The position numbers and the translations under genes are program-made. Shown here piece by piece: positions 1 to 11,575 of a stretch of DNA of 64,000 nt (within the stretch, counting starts at the first letter, position 1; each line of letters opens with the position of its first letter). The stretch is from Spironucleus salmonicida (lineage: Eukaryota): contig NC_090601.1 of assembly GCF_000497125.1 (NCBI RefSeq), positions 372,001-436,000 of the forward strand, read 5' to 3'. The notes below the pieces were generated by a model that was not told the DNA's origin, did not search any database, and saw only the letters and a program-made list of their open reading frames with translations.

Positions 1-1
1 T

Positions 2-3000
2 GTTATTGATTCAGAGGATGGTCCTTATGGGTATGGAGCTATACATAATGAACATACATAATAATGTACCACTTTAGCTATTTTCCCATAAAATAAATTA
101 ACACAAAAGTTATAAGATATCATTATAGTTTAAAATAATTTGTCAAAGAAAGATATACGGTTTTTTGATAATGAATAATAATATTTAGAATATCTAGAAA
201 CACATTAGTAATTTATTGATTTTGCTATACATGTTGAATCTAATCATAATTTTACAATTTATTATAACCATAGCAAAATTGAGCCTGATATGTATAAGTT
301 ATATGGTAATGATGATTTTGGATAAAAAATATAAGGATAATTTTCAAGTATGGTCCTGACAATCTAGTTTTAGGTTTAAAATGCTCTTAATATTATAAAT
401 AACATATAATAAAACCTAACTATTGGTTAAATACCTCCAGGTTTAAATACAATGGATGTTCGTATTCCTTCTGAATTTGTTAGTATGTTGCTAATTATAT
501 TCATTTTAATAATTTAGTTAGTTTTCGTTAGTTATGATTTAATTTTAGACAAATAGCAAAGATCTTTATCATTGCTACGATTATTAGGAATGGTTGACTC
601 TATATATTTGATGACTAATTTTATTTGGGAAATAGGAATATTTATTATAGAAATAATATTGTTTGTTTTCACTATTTTCATACATAACAATTCTTCATAC
701 TTCTACTACATAGATTGTGTGCTCTTGTTTACTATGTTACTTATAACTGGGATTGCTACTACGGCATTTGCTTTTTTTGTTTCGTCAATTTGCTCGACAA
801 TAAAAGCTGGTATATTTATATCGATTGGTTATTCTTCTTTATAAATTTGTGCTTTTATAATTTTCATTATAATGAACTCGGCGCATATTTTTGATTCATC
901 GTTTTTATCTAAATGGATAGCTTATTTTCTACTATTTCTTTTTCCTTTATTACCAATATAAGTTATATTTTAACAAGCATTTAAAATAATTAATCCTGAA
1001 ATTTAATTAGATGAATAGTTAAAAATATAAATTATTATTGGTAATAAATTAAAGATGTAAAGTGCATTTAGTGAAAAATTAAGCTACAGTTGTTTAGTAT
1101 AGACGCAAAATGGATGTTAATTTTCTTAACCAACTATAGTATTCACGCTTTCTATTCTTATTATTTAAAGTTTTGTGTTTCTTTTCTTAGCATGGTCATT
1201 TTATGAATATATAGAAGATAATTATTCTACTATGCGTACTATGAAATAAATTTATTAACAAAAGGGATAATTAAGCAATGCTACTAACTCTTCTATGCAA
1301 AGATAACGTTGCAATCAATAATAGTATGAAAATATCATAGATTAGAACCAATAAGCTGATGAGAATTCTAAAATCTTAATTGCGGATTCTGTGCTTGGAA
1401 GAAATAATTAACATATAGTTTTATAAACACATTCATTGAAGAAAACATTTGCTTAATTTTAGGCAGTAAAATCATTATCAATGATTATTTAGAGAGGCCA
1501 ACTAATAAGTCTACTAGGATAAAATGGAAGTGGTAAAACAACATTTATCAATATGATAATAGGTGCGTTACGTCCAGACAAATCCATAACTGAGCTAAAT
1601 TAAGGATATGTGAATGGTTTTGACATTAGATCCCAAATATAGCAAATAAGATAGCAAATTGGAGTTTGTCCACAATTCTCTACTCTATTTGATTATTTAT
1701 CACCTTTGTAGCATTTATTATTGGCATAATTTTTGCGAAATGTTAGCTATACTTCTGCTGTTAAAAATGCTGAAGAAATGTTGCATGCTGTGCAACTATT
1801 TGATAGGAGGCATGATAGTGTTGATTCTCTAAGTGGTGGAATGCGTCGTAGAGTATCAATAGCTACAGCAATGGTTAATGATAATTCATTAATTATTCTC
1901 GATGAGCCTACCGGTTCACTTGACCCATAATGCAAAAGAATTATTTGGGATGCTATTAAATATGTTAAGAATGGAAGAAAAATTTATGACGGAAAAAGTT
2001 TCATCCCAGGAAAGATTCCTGGTATTTTACTTACAAGCCATGATATGACTGAAACTGAGATTTTAGCAGACTAAATTGTGGTAATGGAAAAAGGACTAGT
2101 AAGAGCAGTTGGCGATCCACTATAGCTTAAGAAGAATTATAACAGTGGAAAGTACATTGTAATGTCGATTAAAGATAAAGTATCATTTATGGCTGTCCTT
2201 AAACTATTGTAGAAATAAATAACCGATTCTGGTATATTTTTGATGGAAATTACTGCACATATAGCTACAATTGAGATTACGCCACAGGCTGAATTATTTA
2301 TGGGATAAATACTTAGCTTCCTAGATGATAACGTTGAAAATAGCATTATTTTGAATTATACTGTATTTGATGGGAGTCTTGAATAGGTGTTTCTAAATTT
2401 AACGAGGTATAACACTGTACCCTAAGAATTAGAAAGCCCCTTTGCCCATAACATTGGAAAGAAATAAAAATTTGTTCCATTTTTTAATAAGCTATTTAAT
2501 TCTGATCGTGCTAGTCTCTCAGCATTAATGGGGTATATAATACTGCCAATTATATTAATGATAATATGCTTATTAGTAGCTGATGTATTTATTCCATGGC
2601 TTATAAGTATGGTAAACCTTACCTTAGCTGATGTTAAGCGGAAGGTGCTACCTGGCTGTTAATTGTGTAAACTTATATATTCTCCTGATAAATGTTCAGG
2701 TTATGATCTTTCTGGGAATATGAGACTTTGTTAGCTTATTAACAAAGTTAATGGTGTTACTATTACCTTACCAGATAAATATTTAGGAGGATTCTAGACA
2801 CATAGTATTGCATCGAGTATGTATAATGCAAGTTCTACATTATTTGTAACAGGTACTGGATCAATCCTATTCTCAAATAAAACTATGGAATTCGATTATC
2901 CATGTATAATAAATGGTGATGTGCATCCAAAATGCTTGCCTGATGTTCTAGCTGCGTACTCCGCAGAATAGGCAGTCATACCTTTCTCATTTGTTTAAAA

Positions 3001-4648
3001 ATAAATAGGCACGAAGTATATAATATTCCCTGATCTTAATATAGTTTATTATCGAAGCAGTACATATTTAGATCTTATTGCTGACGTTAAAAATATTCAA
3101 CTTAGTGGTGGTTTGAAAGGTAATCTTACTAGATAGGAAATGTTTAATATTATCCCAATCGCTATTATTAATTTAGAAGATTCGGTACCAACAGCGATAT
3201 TTAGTTATTTCCCTTTTGATTATCCCAGAGGAGGTTATAAGAATTTAGGTATAGTTGTTAACAACAGCACAATTTCATTGCCACCTTAACCTTTAGAGTC
3301 AAGTTTAATTGGATTATTTCCAGATACCATAGTTGTTTCACCATTTTCAGATCTGATCGCTCGTCTAGGAAAATACTAAGTTAAGGTAAAAGCTCTACCG
3401 TTCTAATATACTGTACTTATCGCATAAGCTGAAGAACGAGCTAAAGTTTTAATTTCTCTATTCTTCCTCCTATTAGCTTGTTCTACGGTTTCACCTATCC
3501 TTGCATTTAACCCAATCCTTGACCGAGAGAAAGGAATTATTAAGTTGCTTAATCAGCTGCGGGTGAACCCTTGCTGCTATTGGGTTGCTACCTTCATCTA
3601 CCAGTTACTGGTATCTACCCTGGTACACGTGGCAATATACGTGTTCGCGGCGGTTTTCCAGCTTTCTGTGCTCAGACGGGTCAGCTTCGCGATCGCGGTA
3701 CTTCTGCTGGCCACCAGTGTGCTCTGCCAGGTGGCATGCGCCGCGCTGCTCTCGGTGTTCCGCAACGCCTCCGTGGGTTTGCTGTTTGGCTTCGTCCTTG
3801 TTCTTGTGCAGGCCCTTGCCTCTCTGGCGTTCGGGCACTATGAGAACTACAGGCTGCGCGCCTGGGAGTTCCTCACACCGTAGCTAGCGCTAAATTCGCT
3901 GTTTCTGCTGGCAGGGAGCAGTGGGAAGATCGGGCCCGTAGAGGTCCGCCTGATCGTGGGATGCCTGGTCGAGAGCGCCTGTATTCTCGTAGCCACCGTC
4001 CTTATGCACCTGGCAGGATACCTGAGTTATTAGAGCCGGGCGGCCTAGATGTATGAGAGCGGCAACTGCGTCCGACCAGTTGCTTCTCAGATTCCCGTGC
4101 TGGGCCTGCCGGGACGAGTCGCCGACGCCCTAACGCAGTCCGCCCACGACAGGGCAGTCCGGAACGACGACATGGATTGCGACGTGCAGCTGGAGCGGGA
4201 GCGCGTCGCCGGCGGCTGCCCTGTATAGGCAATCACGGCCGTGAACGTGCAGAAGCACTACGGCCCCCAGATAGCAGTACGGGACGTAACGCTGTCCGCT
4301 TGCAACGAGATCTTCGGCCTCCTCGGCTCCAGCGGGGCGGGGAAGTCCACTCTGGTGGAGATGATGGCGGGCATCTCGAGGCCCAGTCAGGGGGCCGTGA
4401 GCGTGGGCCTAGTCCCCATCGCACACGCCGCGCAAGCTATGGGGCTGTGCCTCCAGGACGACGTGTACCTGCCGAGTCTCACGGTTCTGCAACATCTGGA
4501 GTTCTTCGCGCGGATCAAGGGCGTGGACCCCCACGAGGCGTCCCGGATTGGCGAGTGCCTGGGCCTGGGGGAGAAGCTGTCCTGCCGGGTCGGCCAGCTC
4601 AGCGGCGGGATGAGGCGGCGGATGAACCTGGCGATCGGGATGATGTGA
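2..4648 (+). CDS. ABCA-family ABC transporter (5' end outside window; second NBD ends early)
   Basis: Single frame (positions = 2 mod 3) open in code 6. TM blocks; NBD1 Walker A GQNGSGKTT (~1517), signature LSGGMRRRVSIA, Walker B LIILDEPTGSLDP; ABCA motif DMDCDVQLERERV; NBD2 GSSGAGKST and LSGGMRRRMNLAI, then TGA at 4646-4648. Confidence 0.9.
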
Positions 4649-4670
4649 CGAATTCGACTGCACTGCCAGA

Positions 4671-4916
4671 ATGAGCCTCTCGGACTCGGTCGCGGCTTTC
4701 AAGCAGTCCGTGCGCTGCAACGTCTGCGAAGCCCAGTTCACAGATCAGGTGTCTTTCCTGAAGCACCTCGAGAGCGCCGACCACCGCCGCCAAGTGGGCA
4801 TGCCGACGCTGGTCCCCCGCAAGCCGACCCTTCGCGACTTGCGGACGTTCCTCACGGGGACGGAGGGAAGGTACGGCGACGCCCAGACGAAAGCGCGCAC
4901 TCGGGTAACCCAGTGA
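4671..4916 (+). CDS. ZMAT2: Matrin/U1-type C2H2 zinc-finger protein, Snu23/ZMAT2-like (81 aa)
   Basis: CNVCEAQFTDQVSFLKHLESADHRRQVGM..V.R.PTL matches my recollection of the Snu23/ZMAT2 pattern CNVC...D..NFL.H....H.R..GM...V.R.TL; ends AGTGA. Confidence 0.65.
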   Translation: MSLSDSVAAFKQSVRCNVCEAQFTDQVSFLKHLESADHRRQVGMPTLVPRKPTLRDLRTFLTGTEGRYGDAQTKARTRVTQ

Positions 4917-5088
4917 TGGGCCAATCGCCAGCTGCTGGTGGCGTTCCGCGTTGGCCATATCCCCGAAATAGACCCGGACAGTTTATCTTTGGTGCGCGGC
5001 GGGGAACGCAGTATTATATGATATCCCGCGCGCCATCGAAAACCACCCGGACGTTTCGCGTCTTTCCGAAATTTCCGCATCTCCAAGA

Positions 5089-5358
5089 ATGTCTGACCGC
5101 CAAGTCACAGTCAAAAACGCCGACATGCCCGAGGAAATGCAGCAGGACGCCATCGACGCTGCCGTCCAAGCGATGGAGCGTTTCAACATCGAGAAGGATA
5201 TCGCAGCATACATCAAGAAGGAGTTCGATAAGAAGCACCACCCCACCTGGCACGTCATCGTGGGCAAGAACTTCGGCTCTTACATCACCCACGAGACCAA
5301 GCGTTTCATCTACTTCTATGTAGGCCAGCTTGCCTTCCTCATCTTCAAATCCGGTTGA
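5089..5358 (+). CDS. LC8: Dynein light chain LC8 (89 aa)
   Basis: [13 protein letters not shown]...[43 protein letters not shown]...LIFKSG, canonical LC8. Confidence 0.98.
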   Translation: MSDRQVTVKNADMPEEMQQDAIDAAVQAMERFNIEKDIAAYIKKEFDKKHHPTWHVIVGKNFGSYITHETKRFIYFYVGQLAFLIFKSG

Positions 5359-5437
5359 GTGAGAATTTATCATTTCGTTTTCCGGCCCTGGGTCCGCATA
5401 CTCCCTCCACTCGTGCCTACCGCCGCCCCAGTCCTAA

Positions 5438-6115
5438 ATGTCGCAGAAATTCCCGACGCTGTAGCTGGCCCCAGCGACCACCAAGCCGACGCCCAGACAT
5501 AGCTTGACGACCAGGAATGCGCTCCGACTCAGGATCAACGAGACGCAGAAGCACCTATACGACACCCCGCACACCCAGGTGCTAGCGCTCCGGCAGTCCC
5601 AGCCTGGGAGCACGTAGCGCTTCACGCGCTCCAAGCACCAGTCGGCAATCGCCCAGATAGCTGCAATGCAGTCGAACCGCCAGGGCGCCAAGATGACGCC
5701 GAACTAGCAGGAGGAGTACCTTACGTTCCTGGTCTAGAAGGCCTTCTTCGACTACCTGAACACCCAAACTGACCTCTTCAAGGAGATAGCGCTTAAGCTG
5801 GAAGCAGCACGGGGGCAAACCTTTCAGGAATACGACAGGCTCAGCCAGCTCAAGTCTGACAACTTCTACTTACAGAAGAAACTTATTGAAATGCAGAATA
5901 GCAAGATTTACAGCAGCTGTTAGGATGTCAAAACCCTGCTTCAGAGCTGCAACAGTGACCTGATCGCGCTGCTTCAAGAGATCGGTGTGTGCAAAAAGCT
6001 ATCGAAACTGGATGAGGCGGAAGCTGTCGGCAAACAGATAGAACTAATGAACCAGAAGATACAGACGGTGCAGACAGCTGTTCACTAGCTGAACAACGTG
6101 ATCCAGGGCAAGTGA
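5438..6115 (+). CDS. Hypothetical coiled-coil protein (225 aa)
   Basis: ATG 5438 (MSQKFPTLQLAP...) to AAG-TGA 6115, open in code 6; C-rich upstream sequence. Confidence 0.75.
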
Positions 6116-6130
6116 ATAGGTTTAGCTCAC

Positions 6131-6265
6131 TCACCCGCCCATCGATCTTCCGATAGTCCTCTCTTGGTAGTCACCGATCTCGAATTCATCGTCGGAGATC
6201 TTTCCATACGCGTCCTTCTAGAATTTCAGTGCCGCTGCCGCTCTCTAGTGATATTTTTCGTCCAT
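6131..6265 (-). CDS. Small ORF, 44 aa (copy 1)
   Basis: MDEKYHQRAAAALKFQKDAYGKISDDEFEIGDYQERTIGRSMGG; stop followed by AGTGA; fills the gap between two genes. Confidence 0.5.
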
Positions 6266-6393
6266 TTTTGATTTTGGTGGAGATTTATTTGATAGGTCAC
6301 TCTGAATCTGATTTGAAGTATACAAAATGTTCCTGACTATAAATATATTATACGAAATAGTAGCCTATGCTCTTCGGTAATTGCAGAAAACGA

Positions 6394-7592
6394 TCACATC
6401 CACTATTTGACGTACTCCCAACACAGTAGACTGAAACTAACGTGGACATTGAGGCTGCGAACCACTCCAAACTGCGGAATCTCCACAAAATGGTCACACA
6501 TCTATAGAATCTTGTCCGGGCATCCTGTGGTTTCATTCCCTAGCACGATCGCACACTTAGACGGAAACTTGAACTAGTCTAAAGATACCGACCCTGAGCA
6601 CTGTTCGAGTGCTATCACGCAGTACCCTGCCTCTTTGAGAGATTTAAGTTTTTCTTATAATTCTTCCACCCGCCACTCCTCTATCACGATATGCTAGTCA
6701 GCAGTTACTGCACTACCCCTGAACACACTGTGCTCACACAATTTCAAGTCTCCTATTATCATCTTTTCTGCCCCAAAAATTTCGCTGGTACGACAAATTC
6801 CGCCCAAGTTCACTGAGTTATCCAACAGGCTACATACTGGGATGAGGCTAAATTTTTTAGGCTCTACATCAATCTTTGTTTGCTACTGGGTAGAAAAAGT
6901 AATTGGTTACAACTTCTGGTTCAGCTCTAAGATCTTTTCACTGTTTATTATAGCATTATCCCTGAGTAACTGGTTTTCTGTGAAAATTTTATGGATAGGC
7001 TGGAATGTCGGAATTTAAGTGTCAATCAGCGCAATAGCGCTAATTATTTAATCACTAACAATTATTTATGTTTTGTGGTATAATTAATTTAATGCGAAAA
7101 TCGCCAAATTACGCTACTTTGATTTGTTACTAAAACAAGCATTAACTATCTACTAGGTTAGCATACTGTCTACCGCAGCATCCTGTTAAATTGTAGATAT
7201 AATGATGTTGAGATATTTTATGTCGCTAAACACCAATTTATTCTGAACATAGTAATATGAAACGGCAGCTTCGAGTGCAGTTTGTGCTAGAAGTGGTAGG
7301 TTTTTCATTTATAAATATTTTAACAACTACATTGTATATTATGTATTTTTAAATTTAAGGCAAAGTGCGTTTAAAAGATAACTAATTTAAATTATCTACT
7401 TGAAATATGTAGAGTTCGAGCCAATTCTTTTATTTTAATTCTCGAAAAACTTGATTTTTTCTGATCTTATTTAGTAGATAAAAAAGTTATCGCTTTCTAT
7501 TAGATTAAATAACTCAGAAATCGTTGCTGAGTTACTTTCTTCTATAAATTTATCCACTATGCAATGACGGGATAAGATGTCTGATTAGAATG
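6394..7592 (-). pseudogene. 5'-truncated copy of Trm3 (3' ~400 codons including the SpoU domain)
   Basis: Matches 10099-11297; the 5' half is missing at the arm junction 7592, and I saw no in-frame ATG immediately upstream. Confidence 0.8.
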
Positions 7593-7703
7593 ATTGTTAT
7601 TAAGGTACACTATAGTTTATTATTTATACTTGATATATCGTAGAATATACTATAAAAACAATTGTTAATTAATGATATATTATATAAGTTTTAGTTTATT
7701 AAA

Positions 7704-8693
7704 ATGAATCCGACTCATATTGCAACTATTTTGCTTACTCCATTACTTAATGTAACTGATAATCTAATATTCTCTCCATTATCTTTATTACACGCACTTT
7801 CTCTACTATCTATACTTTCTGATGGGTCAGCAGCAGACGAGCTAAATAACGTATTTAACCTACAAGGATATGACCCAGCCGCGAATAAGAACTTTCATTT
7901 GGCAGCCAACATATTTATGAGGAACCTTAACCTGCTGAAGAGTAATGATGCGATGGCTGCGTTTAAGATTGATCCACAGCCACTTTTATCTGCAGAGTAA
8001 GTAAACAAATGGGTATCGGATAACACAGCAGGGATGATTCCGAAAATATTGGAGAAGATTGGAGACGAAGAAGTAATTCTGGTCTCTGCATTATATTTTA
8101 GCGGTAAATTCTAGAATGCCTTCGACCCAAGACAAACTGTTGCGGCTGATTTCTCATCATTCAACGGGAAAACGCCATGCCAGATGATGTATGCAAAGCG
8201 CCATATGGGATATGCGCGCACCAGTACAGCTCAGGTGGTGGAGCTAGAGTACGCCGATTCTGATATAGTTGCGAGGCTAATACTCCCGCTAGAGGATGGC
8301 TAGGCGGCGTTTGAGCATAGTCTATCCGAAGAAAATTTAGACGCAAAATTGCGTCCTATAGAGATAGCTCTTTAATTTCCAAAATTTGAAGTTGAATCTT
8401 CTTTAGTATTGAATGACATATTAAAGTATATAGGTGTTAGGTAAATATTTGAGAAAGTAGATTATGATAAAACTCTTGGGTCTGCTTTATAGGTCGATTA
8501 GGTTTTATAAAAATCTATTGTCAAAGTTGATGAAGAAGGAACCGTTGCTGCAAGTGCAACAGCAATTAGAATGGTAAGAATGGGAGCAAGATTACAGTAA
8601 CTAGAACGGGTTATCTGTAATAAACCTTTTTGGTTTATACTTGAGAGTAGTAATAAAATAGCTTTTGTAGTAGCAGTATCAAAATTTTAATGA
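7704..8693 (+). CDS. Serpin 1 (329 aa)
   Basis: NLIFSPLSL, VNKWVSDNTAGMI, LYFSGKF, FPKFEVES, hinge VDEEGTVAASAT, NKPFWFI; TGA 8691-8693. Confidence 0.95.
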
Positions 8694-8738
8694 ACATAAA
8701 ATAAATTATTATTATATAATATTTGATATTACTATTTA

Positions 8739-11297
8739 ATGACGAGTTTCTTTAGATAATTTTCAAATAGTTACTTAAGGGATCTTCCAGATACAACTTT
8801 GAAAGATATGAAAACGTTATAAGAAGGACATAATCATCTTTCTTATTAAATAATATAGAAGTAGTTGCTTTCAGAATAACCTGATTTATTAATTTTAGAA
8901 TCAGCTATTAACTCACCTTCAGCGTAAATCAGAAGATTAGCAGTTTAAGCAATACTGTGCTCAAGAAACTATCTATCAGAAGATTTTATCATCAATAAAT
9001 TTATTCCAGCTTTGTAATCAAAATAGGTAACGATACCTAATATACAGTAATATTATAATGATTTTATGTTAATTTAGTATTCGAAAGATAGCGCACATTT
9101 TTTGAATATTGAGGATCTATAATTTGGCCTTGCAATTTATTATTATAGTTTTTATTTATAACAAATTTAGTCAATTTCTCCAGCTTAATATTCAATTATT
9201 TGCTGTTTAGAATTAAAAAATTATTTAAAATAGTATAATATTACTAATTTAATTTAATCAATATAAGTTAGGCTTCCTGCATCAATTTTATATGTTTTAT
9301 TTGACTTAGTTAAAGAACAAAATTTAATGATATAGTAGAATGTTGTAAACAAGATTTTACAGCAAACAAGTTTAGATTGTAGGTCTTAGCTTTTAAATAT
9401 TTCTATATATATAGTAGAAGATAAATCTCAGTTAGTAATAGATCGGTAAACTGAGCTTGATTGTTTTATACCAAATATAAGTACTTTAAACAGTTTAAGC
9501 CAGTTTATAGTTGCTATAAAACGCAATAACTATATATTTATTAATAATAATATTGATATTTTTATTAATAACCAAAATTAGTTTCATTTTGGTACGATAA
9601 TAGAATTTATATCTTTATTATCGGATACCTCAAAATAGCAACTAAGTCTATTATAGCTACCATTTTCATTCTAGTACTTTCCTAATATTGATCCTTTGAT
9701 AAGTGAATACACTGATGAATTATTCCTTTAGATTCTATTATTAGCTAAGACACTTTCAATAACAGATGAATATTTCATTCATTTCTGCAACCGTGCACGT
9801 TAAATAGAAGGGCCAACCTAATTTATTGCAAGTATTTATTAAATTATTATTAATCTAGCTAATTCATAATTACGATTATTGTGCCATGAATTTGCAAATA
9901 TTTTTACATCGATTCTTGAATTTTGTTAAAAATTTCCAGCATATTCGTATATTTATACTGGTTTTTAAAAAGATATCCAATTATCTCCTATATACATCAA
10001 TATCTTGTTTTCAGCTGTTCTCACCATAGCATCTCCATCAAGTGACCCATAATTTCATGAAAGTAATCTACTTGTATTACTAAGTACAAATTAATAAGCA
10101 TTCTAATCAGACATCTTATCCCGTCATTGCATAGTGGATAAATTTATAGAAGAAAGTAACTCAGCAACGATTTCTGAGTTATTTAATCTAATAGAAAGCG
10201 ATAACTTTTTTATCTACTAAATAAGATCAGAAAAAATCAAGTTTTTCGAGAATTAAAATAAAAGAATTGGCTCGAACTCTACATATTTCAAGTAGATAAT
10301 TTAAATTAGTTATCTTTTAAACGCACTTTGCCTTAAATTTAAAAATACATAATATACAATGTAGTTGTTAAAATATTTATAAATGAAAAACCTACCACTT
10401 CTAGCACAAACTGCACTCGAAGCTGCCGTTTCATATTACTATGTTCAGAATAAATTGGTGTTTAGCGACATAAAATATCTCAACATCATTATATCTACAA
10501 TTTAACAGGATGCTGCGGTAGACAGTATGCTAACCTAGTAGATAGTTAATGCTTGTTTTAGTAACAAATCAAAGTAGCGTAATTTGGCGATTTTCGCATT
10601 AAATTAATTATACCACAAAACATAAATAATTGTTAGTGATTAAATAATTAGCGCTATTGCGCTGATTGACACTTAAATTCCGACATTCCAGCCTATCCAT
10701 AAAATTTTCACAGAAAACCAGTTACTCAGGGATAATGCTATAATAAACAGTGAAAAGATCTTAGAGCTGAACCAGAAGTTGTAACCAATTACTTTTTCTA
10801 CCCAGTAGCAAACAAAGATTGATGTAGAGCCTAAAAAATTTAGCCTCATCCCAGTATGTAGCCTGTTGGATAACTCAGTGAACTTGGGCGGAATTTGTCG
10901 TACCAGCGAAATTTTTGGGGCAGAAAAGATGATAATAGGAGACTTGAAATTGTGTGAGCACAGTGTGTTCAGGGGTAGTGCAGTAACTGCTGACTAGCAT
11001 ATCGTGATAGAGGAGTGGCGGGTGGAAGAATTATAAGAAAAACTTAAATCTCTCAAAGAGGCAGGGTACTGCGTGATAGCACTCGAACAGTGCTCAGGGT
11101 CGGTATCTTTAGACTAGTTCAAGTTTCCGTCTAAGTGTGCGATCGTGCTAGGGAATGAAACCACAGGATGCCCGGACAAGATTCTATAGATGTGTGACCA
11201 TTTTGTGGAGATTCCGCAGTTTGGAGTGGTTCGCAGCCTCAATGTCCACGTTAGTTTCAGTCTACTGTGTTGGGAGTACGTCAAATAGTGGATGTGA
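8739..11297 (+). CDS. TRM3: tRNA (guanosine-18 2'-O)-methyltransferase Trm3/TARBP1-like (852 aa)
   Basis: C-terminal SpoU domain: [46 protein letters not shown]...WEY; long N-terminal extension; ATG and TGA in the same frame (the middle was only spot-checked for TGA). Confidence 0.88.
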
Positions 11298-11425
11298 TCG
11301 TTTTCTGCAATTACCGAAGAGCATAGGCTACTATTTCGTATAATATATTTATAGTCAGGAACATTTTGTATACTTCAAATCAGATTCAGAGTGACCTATC
11401 AAATAAATCTCCACCAAAATCAAAA

Positions 11426-11560
11426 ATGGACGAAAAATATCACTAGAGAGCGGCAGCGGCACTGAAATTCTAGAAGGACGCGTATGGAAAGATCTCCGAC
11501 GATGAATTCGAGATCGGTGACTACCAAGAGAGGACTATCGGAAGATCGATGGGCGGGTGA
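11426..11560 (+). CDS. Small ORF, 44 aa (copy 2)
   Basis: Mirror of 6131-6265. Confidence 0.5.
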
Positions 11561-11575
11561 GTGAGCTAAACCTAT

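Larger units (their letters stand above)
3693..7592. repeat. Inverted repeat 1, left arm (3900 bp)
   Basis: Reverse complement of 10099-13998 (paired coordinates sum to 17691); at least 4 substitutions (3772, 3935, 4030, 4993). Confidence 0.97.

Noticed and set aside
4646-4648. TGA as selenocysteine in ABCA
   Set aside because: No recognisable SECIS core downstream, and the position is not a Cys-type catalytic site.
3571-5373. Many overlapping and antisense ORFs in the GC islands (also 12000-14023, 50062-51251, 60364-61631)
   Set aside because: Shadow frames of ABCA, ZMAT2, LC8 and the CxxC gene caused by stop-codon scarcity in GC-rich DNA.
3540-5850. GC island as bacterial contamination or a recent lateral insert
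   Set aside because: It continues the host ABCA frame, uses TAG as Gln and encodes eukaryotic LC8.
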